A stretch of 64,000 bases of DNA from Eledone cirrhosa (taxonomy: Eukaryota): contig OZ024755.1 of the NCBI GenBank assembly GCA_964016885.1, forward strand, positions 33,852,001-33,916,000, given 5' to 3'. The notes beneath the pieces were generated by a model. That model was not told the DNA's origin. It searched no databases and worked only from the letters and a program-made list of their open reading frames with translations. Both the position numbers and the translations under genes were made by a program. Positions 11,519-23,289 of the stretch are shown in pieces (the first letter of the stretch is position 1; the number at the start of each line of letters is the position of its first letter).

Positions 11519-12202
11519 ATATATCAGAGTTTTGTAGCTTGCTTGAAGCATTGTTTAATAGGAAACACAAATTTTGAAAACCAAAACAATGTGTTATGAA
11601 GAATGTTAAATTGCCAAGATAACAAAAGAATCTTACCGTAACAAATTTAACGATTTCAAATATTTTCGGGTTTAAAAACCCATTATCAAGGGAGTAACCC
11701 TAAGAGAGCCTTAAAATCGATCGGATAGGAGCAGATTTAAGTTAAATGAAATGAAAAGACGTTAAAATTTTGAACATCCACGTTATGAAATGTATGATAT
11801 ATGTAGGATATATGCATGTGTGTGCATGAATGTTTGTATGTGTGTGCATGAATATAAGTTTAGGTAGTGAAAAATATGTGTGTGATATATGTATGTGTGT
11901 GTGAGTCAAAGTGTGTTTGCCTAGTGAAGACATAGATTTAATTTGAAAGAAAGAAAGAATGAAACTGGCCGTTAGGATTTTGGAATACAAGCTTTAAATT
12001 GGTCGTTCTGGGGCACTTCTTTTCATTCTATTATTGATCCTAGGTTATAATTAAGAGGGCTTCCTTAATTCTCAGTGTGCTTATATGGAAGTCACTGGAA
12101 TTACACCTGCGCTGATATATATATACACACAATAGTAAATGTGGTAGGTGTTAGGAAGGGCATCCAGCTGAGTGTGTGTGTGTTTGTATGGCAGGGGGTG
12201 CT

Positions 12203-12600
12203 GCACACATGGCTTAGTGGTTAGATCATTGGCCTTGCAATCGAAAGGTTGTGAGTTCAATTCTCAGACCGGGTGATGTGTTGTTTCCTTGAGCAAGACA
12301 CTTTATTTCACATTGCTCCAGTTTACTCAGTTGTAGAAATGAGATGATAGGAGTGGGGTCCCTATCATTCCACTGCAAAGTGGTCGTGGAGGTGCCACAG
12401 CAAAAAAAGCACCCAGCACTCACTGTAAAGTGGACGTGTAGGCGTCACGGCAAAAAAAGGCACCCAGCACTCACTGTAAATGAGGTTGGTGTTAGGAAGG
12501 GCATCCAGCTGTAGAAATCAAGCCAGAATCAGTTCCCGTCCAACCCTTGCAAGCAGGGAAAAGCGGACGTAAAATGATAATGATGATGATGATGATGATG
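12203..12600 (+). mobile_element. CORE-type SINE B
   Basis: tggcttagtggttaga A-box, gagttcaattc B-box, CORE-like block, duplicated 48-bp module, (GAT)n tail. Confidence 0.9.
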
Positions 12601-12825
12601 TTATACCGAATGGATTATATATATTAAAGTAGTGTAAGTTATTAAGTCAAGTAATATGATACAATGTTAAAATTGTTTTATAAAGCAACTGCTGCAATAC
12701 AAGTTAGAATTATAGGAGTGAAGAAAAACTAAAAAAATAGCAGTTGCTGCCACTTCCAAATCATATTTCGATATTTTGGCTTTAATCTCTTCAGTGCCAT
12801 AGACAAGATAACTCGTCCTAACATG

Positions 12826-13186
12826 TTTGAACTCTTTTTCCAACAGTTCACAACTTCAAAGTTATAAACTCATTTCCAACAGTTCACAACTTCAAAGTTA
12901 TAAACTCATTTCCAACAGTTCACAACTTCAAAGTTATAAACTCATTTCCAACAGTTCACAACTTCAAAGTTATAAACTCATTTCCAACAGTTCACAACTT
13001 CAAAGTTATAAACTCATTTCCAACAGTTCACAACTTCAAAGTTATGAACTCGTTTCCAACAGTTCACAACTTCAAAGTTATGAACTCGTTTCCAACAGTT
13101 CACAACTTCAAAGTTATAAACTCGTTTCCAACAGTTCACAACTTCAAAGTTATAAACTTGTTTCCAACAGTTCATAACTTCAAAGC
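12826..13186. repeat. 36-bp minisatellite, about 10 copies
   Basis: Unit aactcatttccaacagttcacaacttcaaagttata; explains ORF 12827-13177. Confidence 0.95.
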
Positions 13187-13827
13187 TAGTTTGTCAATCA
13201 TTCAGATATGTGTTGTTAATAAATGTTTGTTTAAAAAACAGTCATTTTACTGAAAAAAAGAAACAGAGCAGAGCAACTGCAGCTGTGTAAAATATACGCG
13301 GCAGTCAACAGGTTAAAAGCTCTTATGAAAATAAAAGAAGGCTGAACTTAACCCTGATCTCCAGAGAGATATATGGGTATGAGGAGACTGTATAAATGTA
13401 TAAATTAGGGGCTGTGTAATCCTTGTGTGCTGGTGATGATAATCTTTAGGGTTTTATTTTATAAGACTGGACTCAGTAATGCTTAAATTTCTAGAATTCT
13501 ATTCTACAGCTTAGATGGAGATGATGATACTGAAATATTTTCTAACAGAAGAGGAATTCATATAAATGTGTGTTGTTTCTTCCATTTTGTTTTTTGGTTA
13601 TTTTTATAAATGTCTAGTTTGTTTATAAATGGAACTGCCAATGTAAATCACATCACATTTATTACATCTATTTTCCAACCCATGTTAGCATAGACAAACG
13701 GATACAAAATGGTGATGATGATGATGACAACGGCAACACGCTCACTCAAACCACACACACAAAGCACACATATATATTCATATTGTTGTTGTTCTAAGTT
13801 TCACAACTGCTTGGTGATCATACATTG

Positions 13828-13858
<31 letters not shown>

Positions 13859-13917
13859 AAATGCTCTGAAATAGCGATATATATGTGAAGATAGACATAG
13901 ATAAAAGCACTGGATAT

Positions 13918-13960
13918 GTAATCCTGAAGATTTCTAATGAGAATGAAACGCGTAGGTTAC
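13918..13960 (+). ncRNA. minimal type I hammerhead ribozyme
   Basis: gtaatc CTGAAGA t-ttct-aatg-agaa-t GAAA cgcg TA ggttac; enclosed by 25-bp inverted repeats (13877-13901, 14069-14093). Confidence 0.8.
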
Positions 13961-14082
13961 TTCCCTTGCTTTTATCGAGAATCTAATTGTAATACGTGAC
14001 GTATTCTATTCTATAGCGATTAGGTCTTCAAAATGTTTATTATAAACATACAGAATATTTTCGAATATTCTATGTCTATCTT

Positions 14083-14165
<83 letters not shown>

Positions 14166-14180
14166 TAAAATAACGATTAA

Positions 14181-14231
14181 AGTTTAAGCAAAGAATCGCT
14201 GCTTTCACCCTTAACGGGATCTTCTGAAATT
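14181..14231 (-). ncRNA. hammerhead-like motif with CAGAAGA core
   Basis: Minus strand: aattt CAGAAGA t-ccc-gttaa-ggg-t GAAA gca-gcgattctt-tgc TT aaact; sister copy at 15124. Confidence 0.5.
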
Positions 14232-14301
14232 ATATATATTTATATATATATTTATCCTTATCGAGCCCTCTTTGGATTTTAGTCTTCAAATTTATTATTA
14301 T

Positions 14302-14339
<38 letters not shown>

Positions 14340-14538
14340 GTTTACATATATATATATATGTGTGTTTTGCAACGGGTCACTTTGTGGCTCAATGAAGAGT
14401 TAATAAATTAAATAATCAGAGCTATATATCATAAAACATGTCTATAGAATGTCTGGTGATTCTATAGACATGTTTTATGATATATATATATATATATTTA
14501 TATATATACCACAACAAAAATATATCTTTTGTCACATC

Positions 14539-14630
14539 ACCAGTCTGAGGAGCAGGTCGATACTGGAGTCAGGTCCATAACTCCTATGGGTCACCTTGAG
14601 CCAATCCTCTGTGAAACATGCGTAACAGGT
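14539..14630 (+). ncRNA. type I hammerhead with extended stem II
   Basis: accagt CTGAGGA gcag...(about 55 nt)...ctgt GAAA catgcg TA acaggt. Confidence 0.6.
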
Positions 14631-14730
14631 CGATACACAATACATATTTTTCATATGTAAACGAAACTTCCTCGTTTTTTTTCTATGTGATGCGCATGGA
14701 GGATAACTGCTGGGTAAAGAAGTGCCAATA

Positions 14731-14872
14731 GAGAAGACCACGAAAATCATGGGTGGAGGTGGTGAGAGCTGACCTCAGAGGAGATGAAAAAGAACCATGA
14801 TGAATGGAGAGATGCTGTGCTGAATAGGACTGTCCCACCCTTGCAAGCAGGGAAAAGCAGATGTAAAATGAT
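14731..14872 (+). mobile_element. RTE LINE 3' end (37836 family)
   Basis: RRPRKSWVEVVRADLRG...WRDAVLN followed by the cccttgcaagcagggaaaag tail. Confidence 0.75.
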
Positions 14873-14912
14873 ATATATATAAGTGGTTACACAACAGTTA
14901 GTTCACCATACC

Positions 14913-14948
14913 GAGAACAATTGTTTCACCTTAGCGGATCCTCAGCTC
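14913..14948 (-). ncRNA. minimal type I hammerhead ribozyme
   Basis: Minus strand: gag CTGAGGA t-cc-gctaa-gg-t GAAA caattg TT ctc; within inverted repeat 14881-14939 / 14953-15009. Confidence 0.7.
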
Positions 14949-15073
14949 ATAAATCCGCTAAGGTGAAACAATTGTTCTCTATGGTGAACTAACTATTGTG
15001 TAACCACTTCTACCTAACTCGTCCCATGGACTGAGTGCTCTACCACTACGGATATTACCTTCCAGTGTTCTAC

Positions 15074-15112
<39 letters not shown>

Positions 15113-15123
15113 GAACAAATAAA

Positions 15124-15174
15124 AGTTTAAGCAAAGAATTGCTGCTTTCACCCTTAGCGGGATCTTCTGAAACT
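15124..15174 (-). ncRNA. hammerhead-like motif with CAGAAGA core
   Basis: Minus strand: agttt CAGAAGA t-ccc-gctaa-ggg-t GAAA gca-gcaattctt-tgc TT aaact; all three stems pair. Confidence 0.55.
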
Positions 15175-15483
15175 AAAAAAATCAATCTGTGGATACAGAA
15201 GTAAATATTTTCAAAAAACGTTATGACCGAAGGAAAACAGGAAGATGATAATTTGGTTCGTGAAGTCGTTCCCTGGCAATGAACGGAAAATAAAAATGTG
15301 GATAATTACATTGTTATGTGGAGCTAGAAGAACAATTTCTTGCAAAGACTAAAACACAAATATGGTATTAAAGGGGTCATTAGACTAATATTCTATTTAG
15401 AATAACCAAATGATTTCTGGCCCCAAAGTTTAAGAATAATGTAAATAAAATTGCTAAATGAAAATGACAGATTTTGCCCTACA

Positions 15484-15526
<43 letters not shown>

Positions 15527-15571
15527 CCTTATCGAGCCCTCTTCATTTATTATTACTACTTATATATAGTG

Positions 15572-16076
15572 AAAATTCCGACCTTACACACTTGCACCTC
15601 TCTAAGACAATGTCACTGGACCGAGATCTTTGGCTCCACGCAGTAATACAGAAGACTCGCCTTGCCTATGTACAAAGCGAAACCTACAGTCAGTAGGCAC
15701 CTCTTAACCAAATATACACCCCAATCTACTACCCCTACTCCATCTTCCCACTCCCACCAACACCACCCTCTCTCTATAAAGTTGGTACCACAACATCCAG
15801 TCCAAATTAATGAGATAATGAGATCGAGATCGTGTAGGTGTCACAACAAAAAAACACACAGTCCACGCTGTAATGTGACCATGTAGGTAACACGGTAAAA
15901 AGGTTTACAGTCCACACTGTAAATGTGGTTGGTGTTAGGAAGGGCATTCAAACCTGCCAGATAGTCCTATACAAGCGAGACACGGTCACCCGACCAACCT
16001 TGCCTCAATTTGGGACAACTTCGATCTAACCCATGCTAGCGTGGAAGATGGACGTTAAATGATGATGATGATGATG
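15572..16076 (+). mobile_element. 3' end of the PHD-RTE LINE family
   Basis: NSDLTHLHLSKTMSLDRDLW matches the end of ORF 61446-62360; same 3' UTR and (GAT)n tail. Confidence 0.85.
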
Positions 16077-17199
16077 AGAATAAGTTTGTTTAATTAAAAA
16101 AAAAAAAAATGAAATGCATATTGTATGTTAATATTAGAAAATACCTCTCATGAAAATATGAGAATATTTCGTATTTTAAAAGAAGCCATTTTTAACACTT
16201 ACATCATGATGTGGTGCATCTGGACACATCATCAGTGATATTAGTCAATGGATATTTCAGATTTTCCACATTAGACGTAAATGACATTTATTCACTTGGT
16301 ACTGATATGGAGATGTTAATGGCTTCTATATAGATTTTGCAGATGATGATGGATTAACACACATGAAATACTAATATTTAGCATTCTCACAAAATTACTG
16401 AGGTAGCAGTGACATAATCGCAGCTTAAAATACCCACAAAATGCATTTAAACATTGCATCTGCTTTCATATATACCCTATATATATAGAGAGAGAGAGAG
16501 ATAAGCATATAGATATAGGTATAAATATAGAAAGATATAGATGTATAGATATTAGTATATAGGTATAGTTATATCGATATATAGATATTAGGGTATATAT
16601 ATAGTTAGATATATATATAGATATATATATTTATATAACTATATATATATATCTAACTATATAAATATAGTTAGATATATATATACAGAAAGATATTAGT
16701 AGAATTGCAGATAGGAAAATATTATGCGAAGAGTTTTAGGATTGAGAGTAAAAAATTAAGGGATATGAGAAAAGAAGAAAATTTATGTCTTCATTCCTGT
16801 ATCATATAAGTGTGAGTGTGTGCATATGTGTGTGAAGAGAAAGAGGAAAAGATAGTGTACGTGATGTGTGAACAGGAGCAAGATGAATAATGGGAAATTT
16901 TATTGTTATCTTTTCTAGAAGCATCTATATTTCATATGGAATTTCCAAATCACTGTTCGATAAAGTTTTAGGATCAAAGCCATTAAAACCGTTATCATCA
17001 ATTCAAAATATTCCATCTGGTTAGCTATATTTCTGCAAAGTATATTCCTGATTACTAAACAGAGAAGAAACAGAGCTAGCCACTATAGCACAGCTGATAA
17101 TATGTATAACCTCAGTATTTGAGATTACAAATATCTATCTCTTGAAATTCGTGTATAAAAATAAACAGGACTACCTATAACATGAGCAGGGATTTATAT

Positions 17200-17290
<91 letters not shown>

Positions 17291-17357
17291 GAGTTTATGT
17301 TGGTTGTATACCAACACCTAAACAACATATGTACTTGTCTATACCATACTAATTCAA

Positions 17358-17412
17358 ACTGCCTGAAGAGGTCACAGCCAAAGATGGCTGTCACTGAAAT
17401 ATATATAACAGT
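17358..17412 (+). ncRNA. minimal type I hammerhead ribozyme
   Basis: actgc CTGAAGA ggtcacagcca-aaga-tggctgtcact GAAA tatata TA acagt, followed by AATAAA. Confidence 0.75.
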
Positions 17413-17456
17413 AATAAATGAAGCTAAATTTTAATCATTTGACTTTTATTTAACTT

Positions 17457-17517
<61 letters not shown>

Positions 17518-17555
17518 CTCCTCTCTAGCAAGTTTTGTGTTGTTTAATCTCATAT

Positions 17556-17643
17556 GGATACACAGGACATGGCAGCGATAATGAGGGACAGAGACCGCTG
17601 GAGAGAACTCGTCCATGGATCTCGTGAATTTTACCCACCTTAG
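17556..17643 (+). mobile_element. RTE LINE 3' stub (30424 family)
   Basis: Near-identical to 30988-31073. Confidence 0.8.
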
Positions 17644-17654
17644 ATAGATATATC

Positions 17655-18048
17655 GAGAAACATAAAGAATTTCACACCCTTATAAATGGGCACAGCATGA
17701 ATATTAATTTTACAATGGAATACAGCCATCAACAACTCCCCTTCCTCGACATCCTCATTAAGATTCATAACAAAAAAATAGAAACAGACATATACTACAA
17801 GCCCACAGACTCCAAGCAATATCTTCCTTTCAACTCCTGCCACCCTAGACACATTAAAATTAATATTCCCTACAACTTAGCCAAGAGAATCTGTACTATA
17901 GTTTCCAATAAAAACACAAGGACACACTCATAAGCAGGGACTACTCTGCATCACTAATTGACAATGGAATCCAACGTGCCCTAAAACTCAGTGCCCAGGA
18001 CCTTAGACACACTAAAGTAAATCAACCGAAACTAAAAGCTCTTCCATA
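17655..18048 (+). pseudogene. Penelope-like element reverse transcriptase fragment
   Basis: INFTME...LPFLD...TDIYYKPTDSKQYLPFNSCHPRHIKINIP is the characteristic PLE RT C-terminal/thumb signature. Confidence 0.85.
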
Positions 18049-18194
18049 CCCCCCCCCCCTCTCAATTAATACTTAATTTATTATTTTTTATTTTTTAACT
18101 GTTATTTGTTACTATTTTTTATTTTCTACTCTATCCCCCTGAGATTTGACTATTAGTATGTATGTATCTAATGTTTCATTTCATGTTAGTATTA

Positions 18195-18415
18195 TCTCTA
18201 CCCTCACCATGTCTTTGCACATACACTTACTCACCACTGTAACTTTAATCATCATCATCATCACCACCACCATCGCCACCATGAGGTTCAGCCCCTTCAG
18301 GTCAGCCTCATTCAATTCTGCCCAGATTTTCTTCAGTCTTTCCCTTCTGCAGTTTCTGCTGCTTCCATCCACTGCAAATTCTTGACACTTTATCACCCAA
18401 TGATCATCATCTATA
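18195..18415 (-). pseudogene. decayed RTE LINE C-terminal fragment
   Basis: DDDHWVIKCQEFAVDG...RERLKKIWAELNEADLKGLNL resembles the 37861 ORF. Confidence 0.6.
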
Positions 18416-18424
18416 TACATAACA

Positions 18425-19300
18425 TATCCTTAGCCTCATCCCATCCTTATATCTGAGGGTCGGGGGGTCAAGGACTTATGGACCAGCATTCTCCATCTTT
18501 TCTTGTCTCTTGCCATTGCTGTGCATTCCACCAGATTCCTTCCTGTCCCTTCCTTAATATCATCTCTCCATCTCCTTTTCTGCCGTCCCTCGACCCTTTT
18601 CCCCTGTATTCCTCCTCCTCCTGTCCCTTCCTTAATATCATCTCTCCATCTCCTTTTCTGCCATCCCCCGACCCTTTTCCCCTGTATTCCTCCTCCTCCT
18701 GTCCCTTCCTTAATATCATCTCTCCATCTCCTTTTCTGCCATCCCCCGACCCTTTTCTCCTGTATTCCTCCTTCCTGTCCATTCCTTAATATCATCTCTC
18801 CATCTCCTTTTCTGCCGTCCCTCGACACTTTTCCCCTGTATTCCTCCTCCTCCTGTCCCTTCCTTAATATCATCTCTCCATCTCCTTTTCTGCCGTCCCC
18901 CGACCCTTTTCTCCTGTATTCCTCCATCCTGCCCCTTCCTTAATACCATCTCTCCATCTCCGTTTCTGCCGTCCCCTGGCCCTGTTCCCCTGTATTCGTC
19001 CCCCAAGAATGTGGGTAGTCAAATGTTGGGCCCTGATGACATGACCAAAATACTGAGGTTACCTCTTCTTTACTGTTTCAACCAACTGTCGAGTGGCACC
19101 AATCTCTTCCAGGACAGATTCATTTGTTCTGTGAGCTGTCCAGCTAATTCTAAGTGCACACCTATAGCATGACATTTCAAATGGCCACAGTCATTTCAAG
19201 TCAGATGCCTTTAAAGTCCATGACTCACAACCATATAGAGCTACCGGCCACACTAATGTTTTGATTACTTTCTTTTTGGTAGACCTTTTAAGAGCTGCTG
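18425..19300 (-). pseudogene. BovB-like RTE LINE 3' fragment with internal 78-bp tandem expansion
   Basis: Minus strand VWPVALYGCESWTLK...FEMSCYRCALRISWT...YFGHVIR...GRQKRRWRDDIKE; the last motif is repeated about 6 times (18540-19000). Confidence 0.8.
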
Positions 19301-19588
19301 ATATACCCATACCATCCCTTGCACACTATATCAGATTCCCTTATACCTAATTTTCTCTCAGCTCATGCTTTGTTGTTCATACACACTAGCATTACACATC
19401 TAGTAGAGTATTGTTGATTCACTTCTCTCCAGCTGTTACATATCCTCAGCCAATGTTTTATTATCATGCACTTCACATATAAGTATAATACAACAGGATT
19501 TGGGCTTATAAAGAAAATCTTTTTGTTGTCAACTGAGACAATAACTCTCTGTATTTTTACCATTCTTTTCTTATCCTATTATCAGTTA

Positions 19589-19908
19589 GTCATTGGTGGA
19601 TTGGTAGCAGAATCGGTAGAGCCTTTATGTTTTGAGTTCAAATCATGCCAGGGTTAGCTATGCTTTTCATCATTACAGGGTCGATAAAATAAAGTACCAG
19701 TAATGGACTGGGGTCGATTTAATCGACTTTCTCTTCCCCAAAAATGTGTTGGCCTTGTGCCTAAATCAGAAACCATTATCAGTTATGGGCGGTGGATTGG
19801 CAGTATCGGTAGAGGTCAACTTTGCCTTTCATCCTTACGGGGTCGATAAAATAAAGTACCAGTAATACACTGGGGTAATTGCCGGCCTTGTGCAAAAAAG
19901 TAGAAACC
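19589..19908 (+). mobile_element. two tandem SINE A copies
   Basis: ATTATCAGTTA occurs three times (19578, 19775, 19909), bracketing both copies. Confidence 0.85.
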
Positions 19909-20254
19909 ATTATCAGTTAATGATCTGGAGGAGGGACAATGTTTATAACATTTTTCAGGAATCACAAAACTGGTGAAAGGAAAGAAGAAAAGCATTAAAC
20001 CAGATGATGGATCATGTCTAACACCCAAGTAGGCCATAGCAGGATATGAGCTCGGAAAGCAAAGAGTCAGAACAAGTACTGCAAGGGATTTTATTGTATG
20101 TTTTAAAGATTTTACTATAAATTATATGTTATACACCACAACATCCCATCCACTCCTAGTATGAGTGGCCGGTTACGGCCAGTTTGAACTGAAAGAGGTG
20201 GCAGAATACTGGCTGGATACAGCCGGTTTAAATGCTAAAGGGTCACATCAACCC

Positions 20255-20520
20255 CACTATTTGACTGGTACTTCCTTTTATCAACCTTGACATGATGGAA
20301 GACAAAGTTGATCTTGGCAGGATTTGAACTCAGGAAATATAGAGCCAAAGGTTGACCTAGGCAGGATTTGAACTCAGGAATTATAGGGCCAAAGGTTGAC
20401 CTAGGCAGGATTTGAACTCAGGAATTATAGGGCCAAAGATTGACCTAGGCAGGATTTGAACTCAAGAATTATAGAGCCCAAAATTACCGTGGCAGGATTT
20501 GAACACAGAAATTATAGAAC
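20255..20520 (-). repeat. SINE A relic with 44-bp B-box segment repeated five times
   Basis: GATTTGAAC at 20321, 20365, 20409, 20453 and 20496. Confidence 0.85.
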
Positions 20521-20934
20521 CAAAACAAATACCACAAATAACATTTTATCCAAAGTAGTACCAATTCTGCAATCCACCATCACCACCACCATCCTTATTC
20601 TCACAAATATTGACACCACGCTACTAGCACATATTCTTTAAATGCAACAGAACTCCAGTATTCTGTATTTAGACTTTCAAATGAGGAATTGTTATCAAGG
20701 AGGCATCTAAGAATATTGGCTCTCTTATAGGAAATGATAAAGGAACTAGAAGAATGTATTTATTCTTTATTATATCTCCATGAATAGTAGTATGGTTGGT
20801 TATGGGTTTCCAAAAGGCCAATCACTGGTTCACTGCATTTTTGATGGCAAGTCTGACAAGGGAGTGTCTGTAACTCAGTACAGAACAAGAGACTTTGTTT
20901 GAAGAACATTTGTTTAATGTTGTGCTTTTTTGGC

Positions 20935-22003
20935 TCATACATACATACATTTATTCATACATACATACATACATTTATACATACATGTATACATACATGC
21001 ATGCATACATACATACATACATTTATTCATACATACATGTATACATACATGCATGCATACATTCATACATACATTTATACATACATACATGCATACATAC
21101 ATCCATACATACATACACACATTTATACATACATGCATACATACATGATGATGGCTGCCCCCTCGTTATCGAGTATGGCCATTGCACGATATACCATTAT
21201 TAATAATTATTAATTACTTCTATCGTGCAATGCCTGTGTGTGAAGATATTTTTTAAAGTGAGGAAAGACTGTGCACTGAGCCAATCCCACTCTCTGAGCG
21301 TCAGTAGCTATAACCTGAAAAGAAGAAAAGATCAACATCATCGGTAACTACTGAGCCGCAGGTTTTATATCGTAGTTATCCCAGTTTCCTGAGTTGCTTT
21401 CTCCTAGAAGAATGCCCTTCACTCCCAATGGTTTAACCGCACGATCGGGTGTCCAGCCCGACTATTTCTATGTCCCCGCGCATATACATACACATGCACC
21501 CATGTATATACACATATACATATGTACATGTGTATATACATATTTACACACTTTCGGATGGCCGTTGACTCTTATGAGTTCTTCTGCCCTTTGTCAGGTT
21601 TTGTTTTTTGTCCTGCAGGGTGTCCAAAATCACCCTCCTGACCAAGTAAACATGGTGGGATTGCCGGTTTAGTCGCCGACGATCCGACCATGTGACAGGT
21701 TGTACTGGGTTACAAGTTACCAGTAGCACTCAAGAGTGACCCGACATATATACATACATACATGCATACATACATGCATGCATGCATACATACATACATT
21801 TATGCATACATACATACATGCATACACATCCATACATCCATTTATACATACATACATTTATACATACATACAAACATACATTTATACATGCATACATACA
21901 TTTAATCATACATGCATACATACATGTATGGGTGCATACATAAATACTGTATGCTTTATGTATGTATATATGCCTGCATGCATGTATGTATGTACATACA
22001 TAT
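20935..22003. repeat. (TACA)n microsatellite blocks (20935-21145, 21745-22003)
   Basis: Tetranucleotide repeats adjoining SINE C 3' ends. Confidence 0.9.
21146..21425 (-). mobile_element. diverged SINE family C copy
   Basis: atggctgccc...caatcccactct...gcaggttttatatc...ttctcctagaa homologous to 22004-22300. Confidence 0.65.
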
Positions 22004-22300
22004 ATGGTGGCTGCCAACTCGTTTTCGTGGTACCATGTGACAACAAGTGCAGTGAGATCTCCAGATATAAAGCAATGCCTGTGCCGTGAAGCTTTTATAG
22101 TGAGCAAAGGCACTGCACAAAGCCAGTCCCACTCTTTTAACCAAGATGATATTTACCAAAAAGAAGAACAAGTCAACATCATTGGATACCATCAGGGTTG
22201 CAGGTGTTATATCAGAGTTTTCCTTCTCCTTGAATTCTGCCTTGACAAAGGCTAAGGGGTCATCTCTCCCGGTGATTTTGGATGGCCATTGATCTTAAGA
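22004..22300 (-). mobile_element. SINE family C (RTE-UTR-like bipartite element)
   Basis: Contains the ggagaaggaaaactctga motif typical of RTE 5' UTRs; 3' end cagccaccat followed by (ATGT)n. Confidence 0.7.
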
Positions 22301-22814
22301 TACTATGAGCATGGGGATATAATGTCTCCGGAAAGAATCACTGGAGAGTCACTCCAGGTAGAGCCACTACTTCTCTGAATTGAGAATATCACAGTTCCGA
22401 TACTATGGGCAATGTGGTTAGAATGTCTCAGGAAAGAATTGGTGGACAGATTTTATGGGTAAAACAAACTGGCACGAGACCCTCGGGTAGGCCCTGAGCA
22501 AGATGGTTGGATAACATCCATACCTTGGCTGGTTTCACTTGGGCACCCAACCAGATCAGTTGAAGATGATTGCTTCTGAGAGGACCTGCTGGAGGGAGTG
22601 TTTGATGACTCGACCCGGACGACTATCTCAGGAATAAGAGGACAAAGAAAAAGATATATGCATGTTTGCACGGGAGATGGGCTTTTACACAGCTTCTGTC
22701 AACAAAATTTCACTCATACACTATTAGTCTATACCATGTAGCTCGTAAAGGAATCTTTTCAACTCCATGGCCATAAAATTATATTTAGTTGTAGAAAAAC
22801 TCAAGTTATGTCAG

Positions 22815-23250
22815 CACAGCATCGGACACCATGTTTTGCAGCATAGAGTTCTGGCGCTTTACGTTTTGGGTTCAAATCCTACCGAGTTTAGCTATGCCCT
22901 TCATGCTTACGAGGTCGATAAAATAAAGTACCAGTAATGCACTGGGGTCAATTTAATCGTCTTTCCTTTCCCCGCAAAATTCTTGGCCTTGTGCTTAAAT
23001 CCGAAACTATTATTATGTTAAACATAAATTTATGTTTAAATGATGTTGATGGGGGAAATTAAGTACATACCCAACAATTTCTGGTGGCTGGAAAATTGAT
23101 TATATTGACCCCAGTGTGTAACTGGTATTTTATTTTCTCAACCTCAAAATGATGAAAGGCAAAGTTAACCTCGGCAGGATTTGAACTCATGATGCAAAGG
23201 GCTGTAACCAATGCTACAAAACATTTTGTCTGACACTGTATCGATTCCGT
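22815..23250. mobile_element. two convergent SINE A copies (22815-23015 +, 23060-23250 -)
   Basis: Family A body on opposite strands. Confidence 0.8.
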
Positions 23251-23289
23251 CAAACAATTATAGTAATTGTGTTCATTATTTAGAAACCA

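Noticed and set aside
12203-12275. tRNA gene-like sequences at SINE heads
   Set aside because: They continue into CORE-like bodies and LINE-like tails, occur in many diverged copies, and no complete cloverleaf is evident.
12827-13177. Ser/Gln-rich repeat protein
   Set aside because: It is the translation of a 36-bp minisatellite without a real start context or splice signals.
16203-16480. Possible minus-strand exon with AG and GTAAGT boundaries
   Set aside because: Stops in all three frames; a non-coding exon cannot be supported from sequence alone.
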